NCBI GenBank assembly: GCA_964016885.1
Contig: OZ024740.1
Coordinates: 378,882,001-378,946,000, forward strand
Reading direction: 5' to 3'
Length of the DNA stretch: 64,000 nucleotides
From: Eledone cirrhosa
Lineage: Eukaryota
Shown: piece by piece, positions 17,283-31,051 of the stretch
Layout of the letters: every line of letters starts with the position of its first letter
How positions within the stretch are numbered: the first letter of the stretch is position 1
Program-made: the position numbers and the translations under genes
The notes under the pieces: model-generated
What the model was told of the DNA's origin: nothing
The model's input: the letters and a program-made list of their open reading frames with translations, nothing else
The model's database searches: none

Positions 17283-18199
17283 CTACGGACTATGTGTAGG
17301 CTTCTACATAACCTGGACATATTTTCCCAATTTGTAGAAAACTTATAATGAAACAACTGTTTGGAAAGGGAGATGTATTTTAATTATGTCTCATATAAAA
17401 TAATACAACTGGCTATCCGCAAAATACGTATAGTTAGAACCCAAAACGTAAAATTGGGATTATACTAAGGTATATCCTAATGTTTGTTGAGTGAGACGGA
17501 AGCCGGTCGGAGTATTGCTTAAAGCTTTCTCTATTAATGTATTAAATATTATACTCTTGATTTGGCCAGAGATGAATATTTCCAGATACCTTTTAAGTGT
17601 AACTTTCCGTATTTATTATTGGTATGAGATATTGATTGTTATTCCGGTATCTTATCTCTGTTTTTAGCCTAAGAAAATACCTATATGCGTGTATAAATAA
17701 TACATGCATATATTTATTTTTTTATATCTAATTGAGTTCTTCACACGCAAGGTTAAAATTATTGAAAGAATTAATTGACCCGCGTGCATATTATTTTATT
17801 CTCTTATGTTTTGCGATGACCTCCCCTTTCCGCTTGATGACAGTGTGAAATTTCTCATTCTGTATAGTAGAAAATGCAGGTCTAGTAATGTTCTTTCTGT
17901 TAATAACTATGTTCATGAGATTATCAAACTATAAGTTGAAATTATTTTATTTGAAGAAATGGGAGCGTGTAATTGGGGAAGGAGACTGCACATTCTAGAG
18001 CTAACCTAGAACACTATGTACCCAGGCGACTCCCCTGATTGTAAAAGGTACAAAGATATTTGAGTAGACAGGTAGTATGATGGTGGAGCCAGAGATGACA
18101 TTAAGGGATCAGGCACTAATTTTCTTTTATTATTTTTTCTTGTTACGGTCATTAAACTGTGATCATGCTCGGCCACCGCCCAAAGGTTTATTCGATTAT

Positions 18200-18290
18200 T
18201 AGTATTTATTCTTTCAAGTGATGTACTTATTTTATCAATCCGTATTTGGCGAACCGCTAAGTCACAGCGCATAATAAAATAGTAAACATA
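18200..18290 (-). mobile_element. SINE fragment (second family); opposite-orientation relative at 19027-19092
   Basis: GTACTTATTTTATCAATCCGTATTTGGCGAACCGCTAAG versus GCAGTTCGACAAATACGAATTGATAAAATAAGTAC. Confidence 0.55.
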
Positions 18291-18311
18291 TACACACACA
18301 CACACACATCC

Positions 18312-18390
<79 letters not shown>

Positions 18391-18416
18391 TATATATATA
18401 TATATATATATATTTT

Positions 18417-18450
<34 letters not shown>

Positions 18451-18460
18451 TATATATATA

Positions 18461-18605
18461 AGAAAAATGGAGTGCTGCGTGGTTGCACATGGGTTACAAA
18501 TGAATAAAATTAGTCCTTCATCAGTGATCTCCCAACCTTCATTGGTATTTCATCACTTTAAAAATCATATACCTCTGGTTGGTGCGACCAATAACTAAAT
18601 AAAGT
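18461..18605 (-). repeat. Dispersed repeat, probable PLE terminus; copy on + at 45625-45770
   Basis: Shared GATGAAATACCAATGA.GGTTGG..ATCACTGA.GAAGGACT..TGTAACCCATGTGCAA, adjacent to (TA)n. Confidence 0.5.
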
Positions 18606-18931
18606 TATTGGAACAAGTAAAATAGGGTGAAGCGAGCGAGACATGTAAACAAACAAAGATGGTATTGCAACGGAAAGATAGGAAGAGACAAGTACATGAT
18701 GTCTGTAAGCTTAATCTTGGTGAAATCATGGACGAGAGATACAGACCATCCGACCTGGGTGAGATGTGAGCGAGAAAAGGATTTCACACAGGTCAAACGG
18801 GAGGAAGTGAGAGAAGGGAGAAGCAGAGAGTGAGTGGAAGTGTGAGGAAGAGGCCAGCGGAGCGAGAGTGTGACTGGCAGAGGGGGTAAAAAGAAGGTGA
18901 GAGATACTGAGAGAGGGGAAGCAGTAAGAAA

Positions 18932-19030
<99 letters not shown>

Positions 19031-19129
19031 CTATTTGCTTATGCTCTGTAAACTAGCAGTTCGACAAATACGAATTGATAAAATAAGTACCTGACATCGA
19101 TAAGTTACTATATACACACACACACACAG

Positions 19130-19285
19130 GGCAGGCTTCTGCTCAGTTGGCGCTTATTAAATTTCACTTACTCAACCCGATGCTATTGTAAGAGACACTT
19201 GCTGACGGTGCCATGCAGTAGGACTGAAATGGAAACCATGCGGTTGCAAAGCAACAATCTCATCCATACAACTATGCTCCCGCCT
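19130..19285 (-). mobile_element. Decayed SINE (similar decayed copy at ~20100-20320)
   Basis: GACACTTG..GGTGCCATGCAGTAGGACTGAA..GAAACCATGCGGTTG is the reverse complement of a tRNA-like head. Confidence 0.45.
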
Positions 19286-19591
19286 AATATATTAAGTATA
19301 TGAAGAAAATGTATGAATAAAAATATATATGAATTATTAAAAAGAATAATTAGAAACCTCAAGTGTCATGGTAATGGGACAGCTGTGTAGATATTGATTT
19401 GTCAGTGTTAGGATGGGCATGGGGTTTAAGGATGTATGTGGTTGTGTTAGTGCTTTCATGTAAGGGGTTGGGTGCCCATGTTTAGAGCTGAATAAACGTG
19501 AGTGTTTATTGGGTGTGGTGGAATGCGATGTTTATGTGAGCATCTGAATGGAATATCGGAATATTGGAAATAAATCTTTGGTGGTATACAC

Positions 19592-19690
<99 letters not shown>

Positions 19691-19820
19691 CTGTATATAT
19701 TCATGCATGCATATACACACACACATATATACATATATGTACATGTATATATATATGTATATATGTGTGTGTGTGTGAGTGTGTGAGTGTGTGCGTGTGT
19801 GTGTAAGTATATGCATGCAT

Positions 19821-19911
<91 letters not shown>

Positions 19912-20668
19912 AACATACGTACGTTTACACCTAAATACATTAATATAAGATACGTATACAGACATGTGCACACATGATCATATAGAATTGCATAGATATG
20001 CAAATAATAGATGAGGATTCTAGTTGTTCGATCGACCGAACTCATTGATTTATAGTGTAGGCTACTAAATATTCTACAGTCAATTCTACTCTCAACATAA
20101 ACTACAGGCAGAATCTGTGAGACAGTTTATAACAAGGCTGACCATTTGAATTATAAGTACCGTCCATTTGTCGACTTTCTACACAATTTCCGCCTAAGCA
20201 GTTTCAATCACAAAGTATGAGTCGACTCGAAGCTTTGGTGACTGTCATTTTACCAATAAGCCATGCGGTAGGGTTGAACCAGAGACATCACGACGGAGAA
20301 GTGAACTTCCTTCAACTATGCCTGATTTCACATATGCTCATATATACATGCAAGTATACACATAATGTCGTAGATGGTTACGTATTCGTAAATATATACA
20401 CAAGAGCGTATTTTTACATTTTTCTGTTAAAAATAGTGGTGTGGTTGAACAAAAAAAGATATAGATATGTGTTTTGATATGGGATTTTAAATTAACACTG
20501 CGGGCGGTTAACATTTTTGTTACTGTGTCTGCAAAAGGAAATTAGTTCAGTTTTAAGGTTTGGAATGCTGTGCACGCTGAAGAAGATTACACGCTTTTAA
20601 AAGATGTAGCGGGAGCAGATTTTAAAATCTGGTTTATATGATTTCGATCTGCCAGTGATGTTCTAGGC

Positions 20669-20892
20669 CAGGCATGTCAAAAACGTGGCCCGCGGGCCGC
20701 ATGCAGCCCTTTACAAGCACAGCTGTGGCTCGCACAAAGGTTTTTTTTTCAGCGCGAGCATGTTTTATCTTCGTAATATAAAATAAAATAAAAATTAGCT
20801 GTAATATGTGCAGTTAGTTGTCGTGTGTGGGATTCAGACCACTCATATGTGACCCATGTGGCCCTCGGAAGATCTTCAGTCTGACATGCCTG
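20669..20892 (+). mobile_element. hAT (Charlie-type) MITE
   Basis: TIRs CAGGCATGTCA/TGACATGCCTG; 8-bp TSD TTCTAGGC/ATCTAGAC, matching the nTCTAGAn Charlie target; internal sequence matches both ends of 21961-23926. Confidence 0.85.
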
Positions 20893-20961
20893 ATCTAGAC
20901 TATATTTTAACCTGTAATCCATGTTTTATTTCTGTCGCACCTCATTTACCCCTACTCTCTC

Positions 20962-21034
<73 letters not shown>

Positions 21035-21126
21035 CTCTATGTATTTGAATCTACTATGATTTGGGCTTACCTTATTCATATATATATATGTTTTTGCATG
21101 TCAGTTAGATTCAGACTTACAATGGC

Positions 21127-21186
<60 letters not shown>

Positions 21187-21482
21187 TAAACGGAATAGAA
21201 AATGCTGACAAATTGTTCACAGTTGAAAAATGGTTTAATTAGGAATAAAAGAGTATTAGTGATTGTATGGGTTAGTATTCAGTTGTGGTTTTAAGTTTTT
21301 AAGTTTTTACCGGTTGCGCATTTCTAAATGCTTTTCAAAAATAATTTTGAGATAGAGTGTTTGTTTGTTAAAATAATTAAATTAAATTAATTCAACAGTT
21401 AAACACGCGTAGAAATAATAAGGTTGATACCAAAGGGAGAGAAGATTGACAAGTCGACTCCCAATATGACTAATAGCTCTGG

Positions 21483-21870
21483 GAAAGCCATGAACGACAC
21501 CACATCTTTTAAACTTTGATTTTGAAAGTAGGTTTATAATTATTAATTTTCATTATACTTTCGTAGCTGTCTCGGCGACATAGTTGGAGGAATCATAAAC
21601 GGTGGTGATCCTGGTCTGAAGTTCGATCCTGGTCGGGAATAGGGTTCCCAGTAAACCTTTCAGTTTTTTCTATGGGATGTAAAATAAAAACTGAAAAAGA
21701 TTATATGTAGCTCTTGACCAGGATTGAACCCAAGACTAGGATCTCCACCGTCTCTAGTATCTACTGCTAGGCCACTGAGACAGCTACGAAAATCTACTGA
21801 AAATTCATACTTATAAACCTACTTTCAAAATTTTCAATACAAAATGTTGTGGTGTCGTCCGTGTCTTTCT
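21483..21870. repeat. Inverted-repeat element with a tRNA-like module in each arm
   Basis: Arms ~21483-21640 and ~21715-21870. Each contains TTCGTAGCTGTCTC.G.G.C.TAG (A-box-like) and GTTC.ATCCTGGTC (B-box-like), pointing inward. Confidence 0.65.
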
Positions 21871-21960
21871 TAATGTTATTGCTCTTACTTAAGGTCGATT
21901 TCTAAATAATTTGGGTGTTCCATAAACTACACCCTCGTTTTGTTTCTCATCTACCTAGAC

Positions 21961-23926
21961 CAGACAGGTCAAACATACGGCCCTTTGCAAACACACCTGT
22001 GGCTCGCACAAAGGTTTTTACAACGTGAGCATGTTTTATCTTCGTAATATAAAATAATAAACAATTTCGATACGATTGTTTTTTTTTTTGTGTGATTTTT
22101 GTCAACTATTTTTAACTTCCGACGAATCAGGAGCAGCTCATTAACAATTGTAAACAGAAAACTTTCTTTCAAAATTTCAAAAGTTTTTTTTTAAAAAGGC
22201 TAGTGCTCCTCCAGCTAAGAGAAAAAGGAAATTGAACGAAGAAGGGCAAGTGTTTCAAGAAAAGTAGGAATTACAGTATTTTTGCACAACGGTTAAGGGA
22301 AAGATACACTGTTTAATTTGCAACAACTGCATCGCCACGTCAAAAGAGTACAATTTGAAAAGGCATTATGATACGAACCATCGATCTTATGATAATTATG
22401 AAGGCCCAATGGGTGTTTCAAGACTCAAGGAATTGAAGGCTAACTTGAGATAACAACAGACCTGCTTTATGAAAACTGAGGAAGAGAATGTCACTTCCGT
22501 TACTACAAGCTAGGAACTCAGCCGAATGATCGCCATGAGTGGGAAATCTTACTGAAGAAGATTTTGTAAATCCTTGTAAAAACAGCTGAAATTGTATGTC
22601 CAGAGAAAGTACAGTTATTCAAAGACATTTCATTAACCAGGAACACTGTTGCTGAAAGGATAGATGAAGTCAGGTGATCTGAAACAACAGTTGAAGGCTG
22701 TATCATCAAGGTCTGAACATTTTTCTATTGCTATCACTGGAATAGCACAGCTTTCATTCTTCATCAGGGCCTGTGACAGTGAATTTAATATTTATGAAGA
22801 ACTGACTGAACATGTCCCCACGTATGACACTATAACAAGCCAGGACATCTTTGAGAAGGTCGGGCAGGTTCTGCATGACTATGGGTTTTGATTTAAGTAA
22901 ACTTGCACGCTTATCTACTGAGGGTGCTGCGAATATGGTTGGCAGACATAATGGTGTTACTGCCAAGTTACGAACAAAAATAGAAAACTCGCATCCAGAT
23001 TCATCATTTTCACATTTTCACTGTATCATTCATCAGCAAAATTTGTGTTCAAAGATTTTAAAATTGCATCATGTGTTTAGCTTGGTCACAAAGACTTAAC
23101 TATATCAGAGTCCGTGCTCTCAATCACTGTCAGTTTAGCCAGTTGTTGGAAGATATGGATAATCAGTTCACCGATGTTCCATTCTATATAGAAGTCTGTT
23201 GGAGATGAAAGGTCAAAACACAGATGAAATAAAAGATCAAAGTTGACACCAAGGTTTGGCCTTTGCTGTGGATATTACTGCACAATTAATTAATCTTAAT
23301 TTAAAATTACAAGGTAAAAACAAACTCAGTTGAATGATGACATGAAGTGCTTCGTTAGAAAAGTAAGCTTATGGAAGTTACAGTTGTCAAATGAAAATTT
23401 AGTTCATTTTCCTAATTACAAAGAGCTGAAAAACACTGCCTTCAGGAAATTAACAAAAACTTCTCAGAGAACAAGGCTGACTGGTCAATACTTGTCATCT
23501 CTGATCAAAATCAAAACTGTACAGACATTTCAGCCAGACATACCAAATATTGTCAACAAAAAGAAGTGTCATACCACAGGTCAAAACACTAAAAATGGTT
23601 GAGTAGTAGCAAATAAATGTTCAGTTTTGAACTGTTGTAACTTTTGTACGAAGTATTTGTTGCTGTTGCAAGCTGCAAGTATATGTTGCCATCTAAAATT
23701 TTAGTTTTTTGCCAAAGCACTCCATTACTTTGTATTCACGAATGCTGCTAAAACATTTGTATGTACATTGTATGTTTCTAAATTTAAGTAACACATTTTT
23801 CTGCAATAAATTTTATTAAATGACTTTAATTAGTGGTAATGTGCACAATTAGTTGTCGTGTGCGGCCCTCAGACAACACATATGTGACCCATGCGACTCT
23901 TGGTGATTCTCAGTTTGACATGCCTG
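21961..23926 (+). mobile_element. Decayed hAT transposon, Charlie/SPIN (GTF2IRD2-like transposase)
   Basis: From ~22215: KRKLNEEGQVFQEK*ELQYFC..HCLICNNC..KEYNLKRHYDTNH; then STEGAANMVG and HCIIHQQNLC. Many stops and deletions. Ends CAGACAGGTCAAAC / GTTTGACATGCCTG. Confidence 0.85.
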
Positions 23927-24197
23927 CTTTAGGCAATAAAATAGGCTGTTGGAATGTGGTCAGATAGTCAGTATCAAATGGTCACCATCATCGTCACCAA
24001 CTTCATCACCATCTTCACCTCAGCCCATATGCCTGCAGTCGGCTTTACGACCGGCTGATATCACAGTTACCACTACCACCAATCCTTATTTGTCCTCGTC
24101 TGTTTCCCAACGCACTGTTAAAATCTCCGCCACTACCTCTTCACTCAGCTTCTTCTTCATCACCGCAACAATAAATACCATCGTACTGGTTATCATT

Positions 24198-24555
24198 TGG
24201 CATTATCGGTAGAGGGTCGGACGCCATTCTTTGCAGCAAAGAGTTACGCCCCTTTACGGACTGAGTTCAAATCCCGCTGAGGTTAACTTTGCCTTTCATC
24301 CCTACGGGGTCTATAAAATAAAGTACCAGTAATACACTGCGATAATTGCTGGCATTGTGTCAAAAGTAGACACAATTATTTGGCAACATCAGCAGAGGGT
24401 TGGACGCCATCCTTTCTAGCATAGTTACGTACCATTACGGTCTGAGTTCAAATCCCGTCGAGGTTTGCCTTTCGTCCTTACGGGGTCGATAAAATAAAGT
24501 ACCAGTAATATACTGAGTAATTGTTGGCCTTGTGCCAAAAGTAGAAACAATTATT
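24198..24555 (+). mobile_element. Two tandem SINE family A copies (24198-24380, 24381-24555)
   Basis: Both match 930-1110, including GAGTTCAAATCCCG. Confidence 0.85.
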
Positions 24556-24829
24556 ATCACCAATTATTATCACCACACCTTATCCATTCATTTATTTATT
24601 CGATTGACCCCTTTTACCATTATCATCATCAGAGACTCAGTATTTTGCGAATTAAGGTTACTTAAGTGGAGAATGCTATCAGCTTTATAAAGATCACATT
24701 CAATTTGCGTAAATTTATAATTGTTTGGATAATATATACAAAATGATTATGTTTTTGAGTTCAGCTATGTAAACAAATTTTAGAAATCCTCATGCACTGT
24801 AAGAAAATTAAAAAATCCAAATAACCTGG

Positions 24830-25330
24830 ACATAATTGATGGTTTCACATTCAGAATTTTTTATATTAGTTATTAGTTTGGCCAATTTAAATGCATTAAG
24901 TATTTAGAGGTAGGTTTTGTTAGGGATGGATGATAAACATTCTATGACAGCATGGCTATTATATTATAATTATAGGCGTGCGACTTCTTGAAGTCTAGAT
25001 ATGGTTTTATATAAAACATACTACTTACTGAAGCTCCAATATTTCCTTCCGGGGAGTTTCTTAGTCGAATAGATAAGGTTAGTTCGAATTTGTTCTTATA
25101 GTCACACGCTGGGAGTTGTGGTGTAAAAGGGTTGTTTTGTTGTCTATTTTAGGATGACAGGCCTTGTTCTTGAGTATTGATATAGTTCGAACGTCTCATT
25201 ATTGTTTTATACATGTTATTTAATTAGATAAAAAGTTGAGGTATGTAGATTTATCTATCAAATATGTTTTTCTTTCTAATTGGATGAAAATGGTATTAAT
25301 ATGTTAATATACTTTTTATAATGTAGCTTT
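24830..25330 (-). pseudogene. Highly decayed PLE RT fragment
   Basis: Minus strand ~25105->25020 reads DYKNKFELTLSIRLRNSPEGNIGASVS, compared with DHKEDFISNPSIRLICPSMSDIGIISK in the 52-kb element. Confidence 0.45.
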
Positions 25331-25949
25331 AAACCACCAACTTAACCCCACTGATAGTATTGTGTTCTCTAAGTTTGATATTCTCAACAAAAATGGTTGG
25401 AGAATCTTATCTTGTCGTGAGCATTTATTGGATGTAGTCACACTGGTCATTATCGTTATCTTCAGTATTATCAAAGAAAAATACTTGTCACATCATTATT
25501 TTCATAAAATGATCCGTTTTCTGCATTAAACATTTTTGGCAGATTTTTTTTCTTGGAGGAATAGTTACATTTTTAGTAGAAATGTTTGATTTGGTTTCAG
25601 CATATTTCAATCGTGGTTAATAAAAGGCCCAACACAACGACATAAGTTATTTGAATGTGCGTTTGTTAAACAGAAAAACAATAAACTGCATTAAAGAACT
25701 CAATTCTGATATAAAATATAGGTGAGAGAATAATAAATTTATTTATCAACTATGTAAGTAGTATTGACAAAATTATTGTATCATATGCACATTAAAATAC
25801 TATATTCTTCACCTTAATAAAGAAACAATTTTTATAGCATAGCACAAATGCTATACTATCAATATTTCACATTCTACTCTCCTTGATTTCATAGAAAGCC
25901 ATGCCAATTCTAAATCAATGTAAACTGAATAGAGCGATACACAACTACC

Positions 25950-26365
25950 ATAAACTGTTGCAACTGGATCAACCATAATAACTGCTCCTTAGATTCCAAA
26001 TGCCAAATTAAAGATATTGTATACTAGGCAACAGTAGAAAGCAATGACCTCTCCAGGGAATCCATTAGTCTCATCTCAAATTCTTTGAAATTTAGATACT
26101 ACTAGAATAGATGTAATGCCAAATGTATTGGAAATTGGAAGCAAAATGTATGCAATGTAACTTAAAATTGAAGTGCATTTACTTTGCTAAATTATATTCT
26201 ATTAATAAAAATCCTTGTCATTTTAGTACAACTGTAAGTTTTAAAATACCATTTGTAAATACAGCACATCTTAACAGACACTCTGGGCATATATCCTTTT
26301 GTTCATGCAAAACACTGAAACCTTTCCTAAATGGTAAACTCTTTATATGCCGTCATAGATTAACT
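25950..26365 (+). pseudogene. Highly decayed PLE GIY-YIG fragment
   Basis: CCNWINHNNCSLDSKCQIKDIVY*ATVES..SNSLKFRYY and later FLNGKLFICRHR. Confidence 0.55.
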
Positions 26366-26493
26366 CATACTATGAATATACGCAATTTTCTTTTATTATA
26401 TATACTGTTATCTATTCTCTTAACACCTAGTAATATATATATATATATATATACATACATATATTTACGCATGTTTACCTGTATCTCTTTCTT

Positions 26494-26597
<104 letters not shown>

Positions 26598-27316
26598 TGT
26601 GTGTGCGTATATGTGTATGTATATGTGTATATAGTTTCCTATAAACGCAAACGCCTGAAGGTCACTAATTTGATGTCTCTTGTATTCTGGAGGTATGGTC
26701 AAATTTGGGCCTTTAAACCTTGGGTAGCGCCTTTGTTCCGTATATGAACACAAATAAATAATATAATACACACACACACACGCACGCATATATATATATA
26801 TATATATATCACAACGAACATCGCTACCTTTAGACGTATTCAATTCAGTAGTTTTAATTTTTTTAATTATGTTTATTTTTATCTTATTTCATACGAGTTT
26901 CTTGCAGTTTGTTTGGAGTAAATTTCTTGAATCAATCATAGTTTTTTGATCTTCACAGTCTCATTTTAATGGCGACGTATTGCTTCATCTTTAGGTTCAA
27001 TGTGGTTTGTGTAAAGGTTACCGCTAGAATTTGTATTTTAACCGATATATCTTAACATCAGGTGTTTATTTTTGTACCTGGCTAGTGAATATTGTCCGTG
27101 TATTTAATGTAGCGTTGTGTTGTGCTATGAGCATTCGTTACATCATAAATCGTCCAAATTTGTGGAGAATTCTGTAGATTATGGATGTGTTTTCCCCTAA
27201 TATTTCCCGATCTAGTTTGGTTTTGTGTTGTGTGGCATTGGAATAGCCCCTTGTTGGCAAATATGAAAAACAATAAAGAAGACGAAACTGAACACAGTTC
27301 AGTTCTATTTTCAATG

Positions 27317-27443
<127 letters not shown>

Positions 27444-28199
27444 TGTATATGTGTATGTGTCTGTGTCTGTATCTGTATCTAGATAAACTATGACAAGAAT
27501 AATGAGAGAACTGAACGTTGCAGCTATAAACTGTAGCCAAATCTGCATCAAAGCACATCATATGATGGATAGTGTAATCCTAGATACGCTTTGTTTTAAA
27601 ATGATATGTGATAGCTATGATTGGCATGCTCTTTATGTGGTCTTTATGTGGTGTATTTAGATCGAGTTAGCTATGTAGGGTTCACCACATTCTATATACA
27701 CGGCCTACGGCCACTTACAGATGTTCAAGTTTAACAAAAGCCGCATCAATCTTATGAGAGATATGGGCATAAAAAGATTCATTTCAACTAAAATAAGTTT
27801 CAAATTATACTGATTTCCTGTGATTAAAAACATATTACATATAATAAGTAGCATAATATAATGTTATTAGTTCTTTTGATTTCCTGTAAAGAGGATATGG
27901 CAGATTTTAATAGATGAAAACTTTGATTATCTTCATGTATCAAATTATAACTTCAAAGAAAATTCTCCGATGCTTAGCTTACTACTATCCGTTAGAATTG
28001 AGAGATGCTGCTGATTCAGCCATTACAATGTCTGCATCTTGTCACCTCCACGCACGAATGCATGTACAAACGCATACATGACTCTTGCAGAGACATTTAT
28101 ACTTCAATGAATAAGTTCAAACTATTAGAAGTTTCTGAGAAGTAAAGTATACTGATGTATGCAAGAAGTATATTAACAAAATAAAACGATAGTTTACTA

Positions 28200-28300
28200 G
28201 CTGGAATGGCTCTTCCAGTGCGTCTCCTTCACAATCCTCCGGGGAAATGCCTTCTCTATTCTATCCGTCGGGGTCGCAGGGCGGCCAGCTCGTGGGCTCC
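28200..28300 (+). mobile_element. CRE-like non-LTR retrotransposon, extreme 3' fragment
   Basis: LEWLFQCVSFTILRGNAFSI, homologous to 43140-43200. Confidence 0.5.
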
Positions 28301-28614
28301 AATTTGCACATAATGGTGAGAAATGGGGAGAGCAGGAGAGATTGAGGCAGTGACAGTGGGAGTTTGGTTCCTTTGTGTTCGGACCTGGTGTATATGTATA
28401 TGTTTCACGGACACACATTCACATTGAGATTGATGCATATTACCATACTATATAATTACGTTACTCTACTAATCAGGCAAGATGCATGGGTGAAGGTCTG
28501 GTGTATTTCCCCCTAATTCTTGAGGAGGAATGACGTATGCGACATACAATTTTCAATAACGGTTTTAAAACTGTAACAGAAAACTTTATCAGTGACATTG
28601 ATTTTTAATTTATG

Positions 28615-28770
28615 CACAGGGCTAGCAAATTTAGGAGAAAGGCAAAATTTATTAAATTAATCCAGTATTGACTGGTATTTTATTTTATCGGCTCAGTAAC
28701 ATGAAAGTTAATGTTGACATTGGCTGGATTTGAACCGAGAATGTGCAGTTCCAGAACAAATATCACAATA
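28615..28770 (-). mobile_element. Decayed SINE
   Basis: CCAGTATTGACTGGTATTTTATTTTATCG..AAAGTTAATGTTGAC..GGATTTGAAC. Confidence 0.55.
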
Positions 28771-30364
28771 ATCATCAAATGTATGTTTTTGTAAGGTTGG
28801 GACAAGGACTTTTAGTTACGAAACTGAATATATTTGATTAACAACTGCGATTGCCAAATTTATATGGAGAGAGAGTTGATTGCGTAGGAAGAAGTAATGT
28901 TTGTACGAGATGACAAATGAAGGAAAGCTTAGGGCATACATGTTTGCTGTTATCAGAGAGACACTTCTACTAATATTCTTGAAGCTCATTATTTATTTGC
29001 CCTTCTATTAAGTAGAATTTCTTGTTCTTGCAAGAAAACGTTATAGTGTGGTGCGACGTTGTTAGGCAATTGAGACAGTTTCATTTACATTGGCGTTTAC
29101 AACCATTTTAGATTCCACACACTAATAAGTAATATACGGATATCGTATCTTTACATTGTTCCTTGTGAATATGGGATGTTACACCGTTTTTGTATGACAT
29201 CAATGATTTACGTAGCAACACGAATGGGAAGATGATTGAAGCAGTAAGACTGTTGCAATACTTTAGCAATTTTGTCTCCTCACAGTTTTGGTTTTATTTC
29301 CTCCATAGAGGAACTTTTGCGTTATACTTATTTCATCAACACTAAAAAATAAAATATAAAAAACCAAGTGATAAAACAAGTAGAGGTGATAAATTGCCAC
29401 AATTTACATAAACTAGATCTATTACTATAAAACAATTAGGACTTATGCTGTCTTGAAAGAAATATATAATATATTATGAAAAAAAAAGAAAGAAAAAAGA
29501 AAAGGAAAAGGTGTATATTCTTATGAGAGCTATTTACTACATAGAACTGCATTTTATTGGCTTTTTATATATTGTTTTTAGTGCTGATGAAATAAGTATG
29601 ACGCTGAAGTTAACAATTATCTGTTTTGCTAACATTTTAATAGAAAACAAATTCTACATTGATTCAATTTAATTACATGGGAAAATATGTGTATGGTTAT
29701 CTGGGAATGTATTTGTAATGGATAATTCACCTATTCAAATCTCTTTCACCGACTTAACACTACAAACACCAGTTTCAGCAACATCTCTATAGTTCTCTGC
29801 TATTCTTGAGAAGATTAACATTTGTAATTTATAAAATTGGGCTGGTGCCTAAATACAACATCTTCATCAGATTAAAACCTTATTTCAGTATCTGCTAACT
29901 ATTACGTATCCACTCAGTGATGAAATTTCTCGAGAAGCACTTAAATCTGTTGTAGCTTCTAAAGTATAAGAAGCAGGTGTTGGTTGTTTGTTCCAGGCGA
30001 CGAATTTTCAGAATGATGAAACCGATGGAAAACAATTAATAAAAGACACCAGTTATTTATTTTGTAGATAGATCTAGTTAACGATATTCGTTTTCTTTTA
30101 TGTTTCTTTTGGAAGATCGTATGAAAATAGAACGCTAGATAAATGTTATATTTGTGAAAATAAAACGTTAGATGAAGTTTATCGTCAGTAGTCGTTAAAA
30201 GGAAAATTTAAAAAGGGAATCCTTTTAAATATTTCCTTTTGTATACCACCTGATAAAACGAGAGAGAAGTGAAATGTTCGGTACAGAAAAACGTCGAACT
30301 AATTGTTATATGGTACTCAGTTTCAACAGTATGCATTAAGGGTTCGAATACCGTTACAATTGGA

Positions 30365-30655
30365 GTACATGTTATGTAGAGACATATGGGAGAGATGGAT
30401 ATAGATTTAGAGAGGGGGAGAGTTTGGTTGTAATTGATATAGAGAGGAATGTTGGGAGAGTCTGTTGTATATTAGATATAGAGATGGGGAAGATTAATGT
30501 TTATTGATACAGAGAGAGGAATTTGATGAGAGTTCCGTGTAGTAGATATACCGTGGGGGAAAGTTTGGTGCTAATTAATATTGAGAGGGTGAATGAAAGA
30601 GAGGACCATGTAGTAGATATAGAGAGGGGGAGAGTTTGGTGTTAATTCAGAGACG
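30365..30655 (+). repeat. GA-rich minisatellite, same family as 49047-50350
   Basis: Same start GTACATGTTATGTAGAGACA and the unit TAGATATAGAGAGGGGGAGAGTTTGG. Confidence 0.75.
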
Positions 30656-30795
30656 AGGAGGCGAAATGACAACATACTAACACGATCGTCTCTGAGTCAA
30701 AAACAAAAACACATTGTTTTTCTTTGCTTTTTTCCTTCATGACTCTTGGAATGTGTTTACCATCATTCCTTTAGTATACAACTATTATGCAATAT

Positions 30796-30853
30796 ATACC
30801 TGATGATGTCACCGGGTTCATACGCAGCCTGGCCACTGAAATGTGCATAGTGT
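30796..30853 (+). ncRNA. Hammerhead ribozyme motif
   Basis: atac CTGATGA t gt..ccgggt/gcctgg..ac t GAAA TGTGCA TA gtgt. Confidence 0.6.
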
Positions 30854-30940
30854 TTGCAGAAATAAATAATTAAGGGAATTCAACCTGTCCGGCCTCCTGT
30901 CATTTTACTTTATAATACACACACACACACACACATATAT

Positions 30941-31017
30941 ATAATTGTTTCTACTTTTGGCACAAGGCCAGCAATTACCCAGTACATTACTGGTACTTTA
31001 TTTTATCGACCACGTAA

Positions 31018-31020
<3 letters not shown>
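30941..31020 (-). mobile_element. SINE family A, 3' fragment
   Basis: Match to the reverse complement of ~1028-1110. Confidence 0.8.

Positions 31021-31047
<27 letters not shown>

Positions 31048-31051
<4 letters not shown>

Noticed and set aside
21961-23926. Domesticated GTF2IRD2/ZBED-like host gene
   Set aside because: Multiple stops, frameshifts and retained TIRs indicate a dead transposon.
28810-30050. Possible coding relics
   Set aside because: No sustained frame or diagnostic motif; would need a translated search.
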